Below, piece after piece: positions 62,301 to 64,000 of a stretch of 64,000 nt of DNA; the stretch's first letter is position 1, and every line of letters begins with the position of its first letter. The stretch is from assembly GCF_041956535.1 (NCBI RefSeq), contig NW_027192200.1, positions 391,477 through 455,476 of the forward strand, written 5' to 3'. A program made the position numbers and the translations under genes. This DNA is from Calcarisporiella thermophila CBS 279.70. Taxonomy: Eukaryota; Fungi; Calcarisporiellomycota. Under the pieces are notes generated by a model. That model worked only from the letters and a program-made list of their open reading frames with translations. It was not told the DNA's origin and searched no databases.

Positions 62301-62805
62301 GGAGGGAATAAAAGAACAATGATAAATATCTAAATATATATATACATACATATATATAAATAATACTGCACCCATGAAAACACTAATTGCTGCGCGATTT
62401 TTTATTCTATTTTATTTTATCGTTGGGGTGCTTCTTTCTCCTAGTTTCAATAAGACACCCTCTATTGTTGTGCTCCTTCCCTTTTTTCCTAGCTATCAGT
62501 GAAAAGGAACAAGCTGAATTTTTTAGAGTATATAGTTAACCCCCTTCCTTTTTCACCTGTTTTTTTTTCTTTTCACAGATAATATATTGTTTTTTTTTCT
62601 TTTGTTTTATTGTTTTTTTAGCCGAATAAATATATATAATATATTAATGAAGAGAGATTGCTTTAGTAAATTAAAAATAATAAAGCTTGATTAGGAGAAG
62701 AACGAAATGTACAAAGGAAATTGAAATAGAGAAAGTGAGGAGTGCGCGGGGAGAGGAGGGATGGGGGGGTCGAGCGACTCGATTGCAAGACGAGCGCTGA
62801 GATCC

Positions 62806-63888
62806 CTAAGGCTTCGGGCCCTTTTTCTTCAACTTCTGAAGTATCTGCTTGCTTCTTTCACGCGACTCCTCGATGGCTTTGGTCAGCTTGGCACTCTGGG
62901 CGTCGGGTTGTTTCGCGCCCGACTTCTCACCCTTCTTTCCTTGTGGTGCTTTCTCTTTCCCTTCCTTCTCTTTCCCTCCCTTCTTCTCCTCGCCTTTGGC
63001 CTTTCCTCCCTTCTTGGCTTTCTTTTCCTTCTTCTCTTGCGACTTTGCGTGCTTCTTGAACTCTTCCTTGCTGACCTTTTTGCTCGGCCCCTCCTCAGCC
63101 TCCAAACTAGCCATCTCATCCAGAGCTTTCTCCAATGCCTCCAGCTTAGCCATGTCCAGCTCTTCTTGCTTTCCACCCTTTCGCTTCGACACCTTGGCAC
63201 CAGTGGTGATAGGCTTCAGCGCCTTCTCGATGGCTGTGATGATGGAGGAGGCCTCATCGCCATCTCCCTTATTGGCCCCCTTCGCCTTCTTTGCCTTCTT
63301 CGCCTTCTTATTCTTCTGCTCACTCTTTTCGGCCTTGGCATCCTCCGCCGTCAACGCACTAGTCATATCCACCTCATCCTCCGAGCTCTCACTATTTTCT
63401 TTCTTTTCATCCTCTTCTTCACCGTTCGCCTCCGTCGATTTTGCAGAAGTGTCCCGTTTTTTTGGTGAGGCCTCTGTCGTGTCTGTAGCCTGGCGCTTTC
63501 TCTTCCCACTTTTCGCCTCCACCTGGGCCCAGGTGGCATCGGGACCCTGTTCCAGTAGCTTCTTGACTCGGTCTTGGTCCTCCTCCCGGAGCTGAGGGTA
63601 GCCACGCACGAGATGAATCGGAAGCTTGGTCAACAACTCTGGCACCTACCCGTGCGTGAAAAAAAAAAAATAAAATGAGAAAGGCAAAATGCCTGCAACC
63701 TAGGCGGCTACCCGGGGACTAACCTGGAAACACTTGAAATGATACCATGTATGCTTGCCATGTTTCTTTTTCTGCTTTGGACTGGTGAGTTCGATTTTGC
63801 CACATCGCAGGGATTTATTGGGGATTTGCTTTCCGCAGGTGCCGCATTTTGAGTCTTGCGACTCGGCTAGATAGGAAAAGGGTTCCAT
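62806..63888 (-). CDS. PARP-type zinc-finger protein with Lys/Glu-rich C-terminus
   Basis: SKCGTCGKQIPNKSLRCG...WYHFKCF|...VRGYPQLREEDQDRVKKLL (C-x2-C...H-x2-C zf-PARP pattern). One intron. Confidence 0.82.
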
Positions 63889-64000
63889 GAGTTCGCAGGC
63901 GCCGAGATGACAGTGAACCAAGTTTAAAAACAACCCATACCATATTCCACGCAATATCTTGTCACTTTCTCCATGCTATTGTCTTGTTGATAGACCGAAA

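Noticed and set aside
62742-63595. Long Leu/Phe/Ser-rich plus-strand ORFs
   Set aside because: Antisense shadows of the Lys/Glu-rich zf-PARP gene.

Overview
Gene-dense, intron-rich eukaryotic DNA from a fungus, most likely early-diverging and Mucoromycota-like. That placement is inferred from the short spliceosomal introns and from retention of CNOT11, ASCC1, a two-Grx-domain GLRX3 and a U12 intron. About 30 protein-coding genes can be reconstructed by hand-splicing. Most are housekeeping: CYC8 (partial), NDUFV2, an SH3-TBC RabGAP, a GH35 beta-galactosidase, ODC antizyme, a PWWP protein, NDUFB10, CIA2, RIC1, ORM1, a methyltransferase, ECL1-like, GPD1, PRP22, RPL28, VTC1, ASCC1, NAF1, GRX4/GLRX3, IST2, SCCPDH-like, GAPDH, a Cdc24-OB protein, CNOT11 and a zf-PARP protein. 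No tRNA, rRNA, CRISPR or intact transposon ORF was recognised. Four observations stand out. (1) An AT-rich accessory island (about 21.8-26.1 kb) contains a promoter/flank cassette, up to about 1.5 kb, repeated three times in front of unrelated intronless cargo ORFs: a 112-aa cytosolic protein and two hypervariable six-Cys secreted peptides, one of them pseudogenised. (2) The ornithine decarboxylase antizyme has no visible canonical +1 frameshift but has a complex leader: a uORF ending CTT-TAA, a Pro-Ser-stop frame, and an in-frame TCC-GAA resembling a fused shift site. (3) A textbook AT-AC U12 minor intron lies in the Cdc24-OB gene. (4) The Prp22 lacks its S1 domain. All family assignments come from remembered motifs; no database searches were run.
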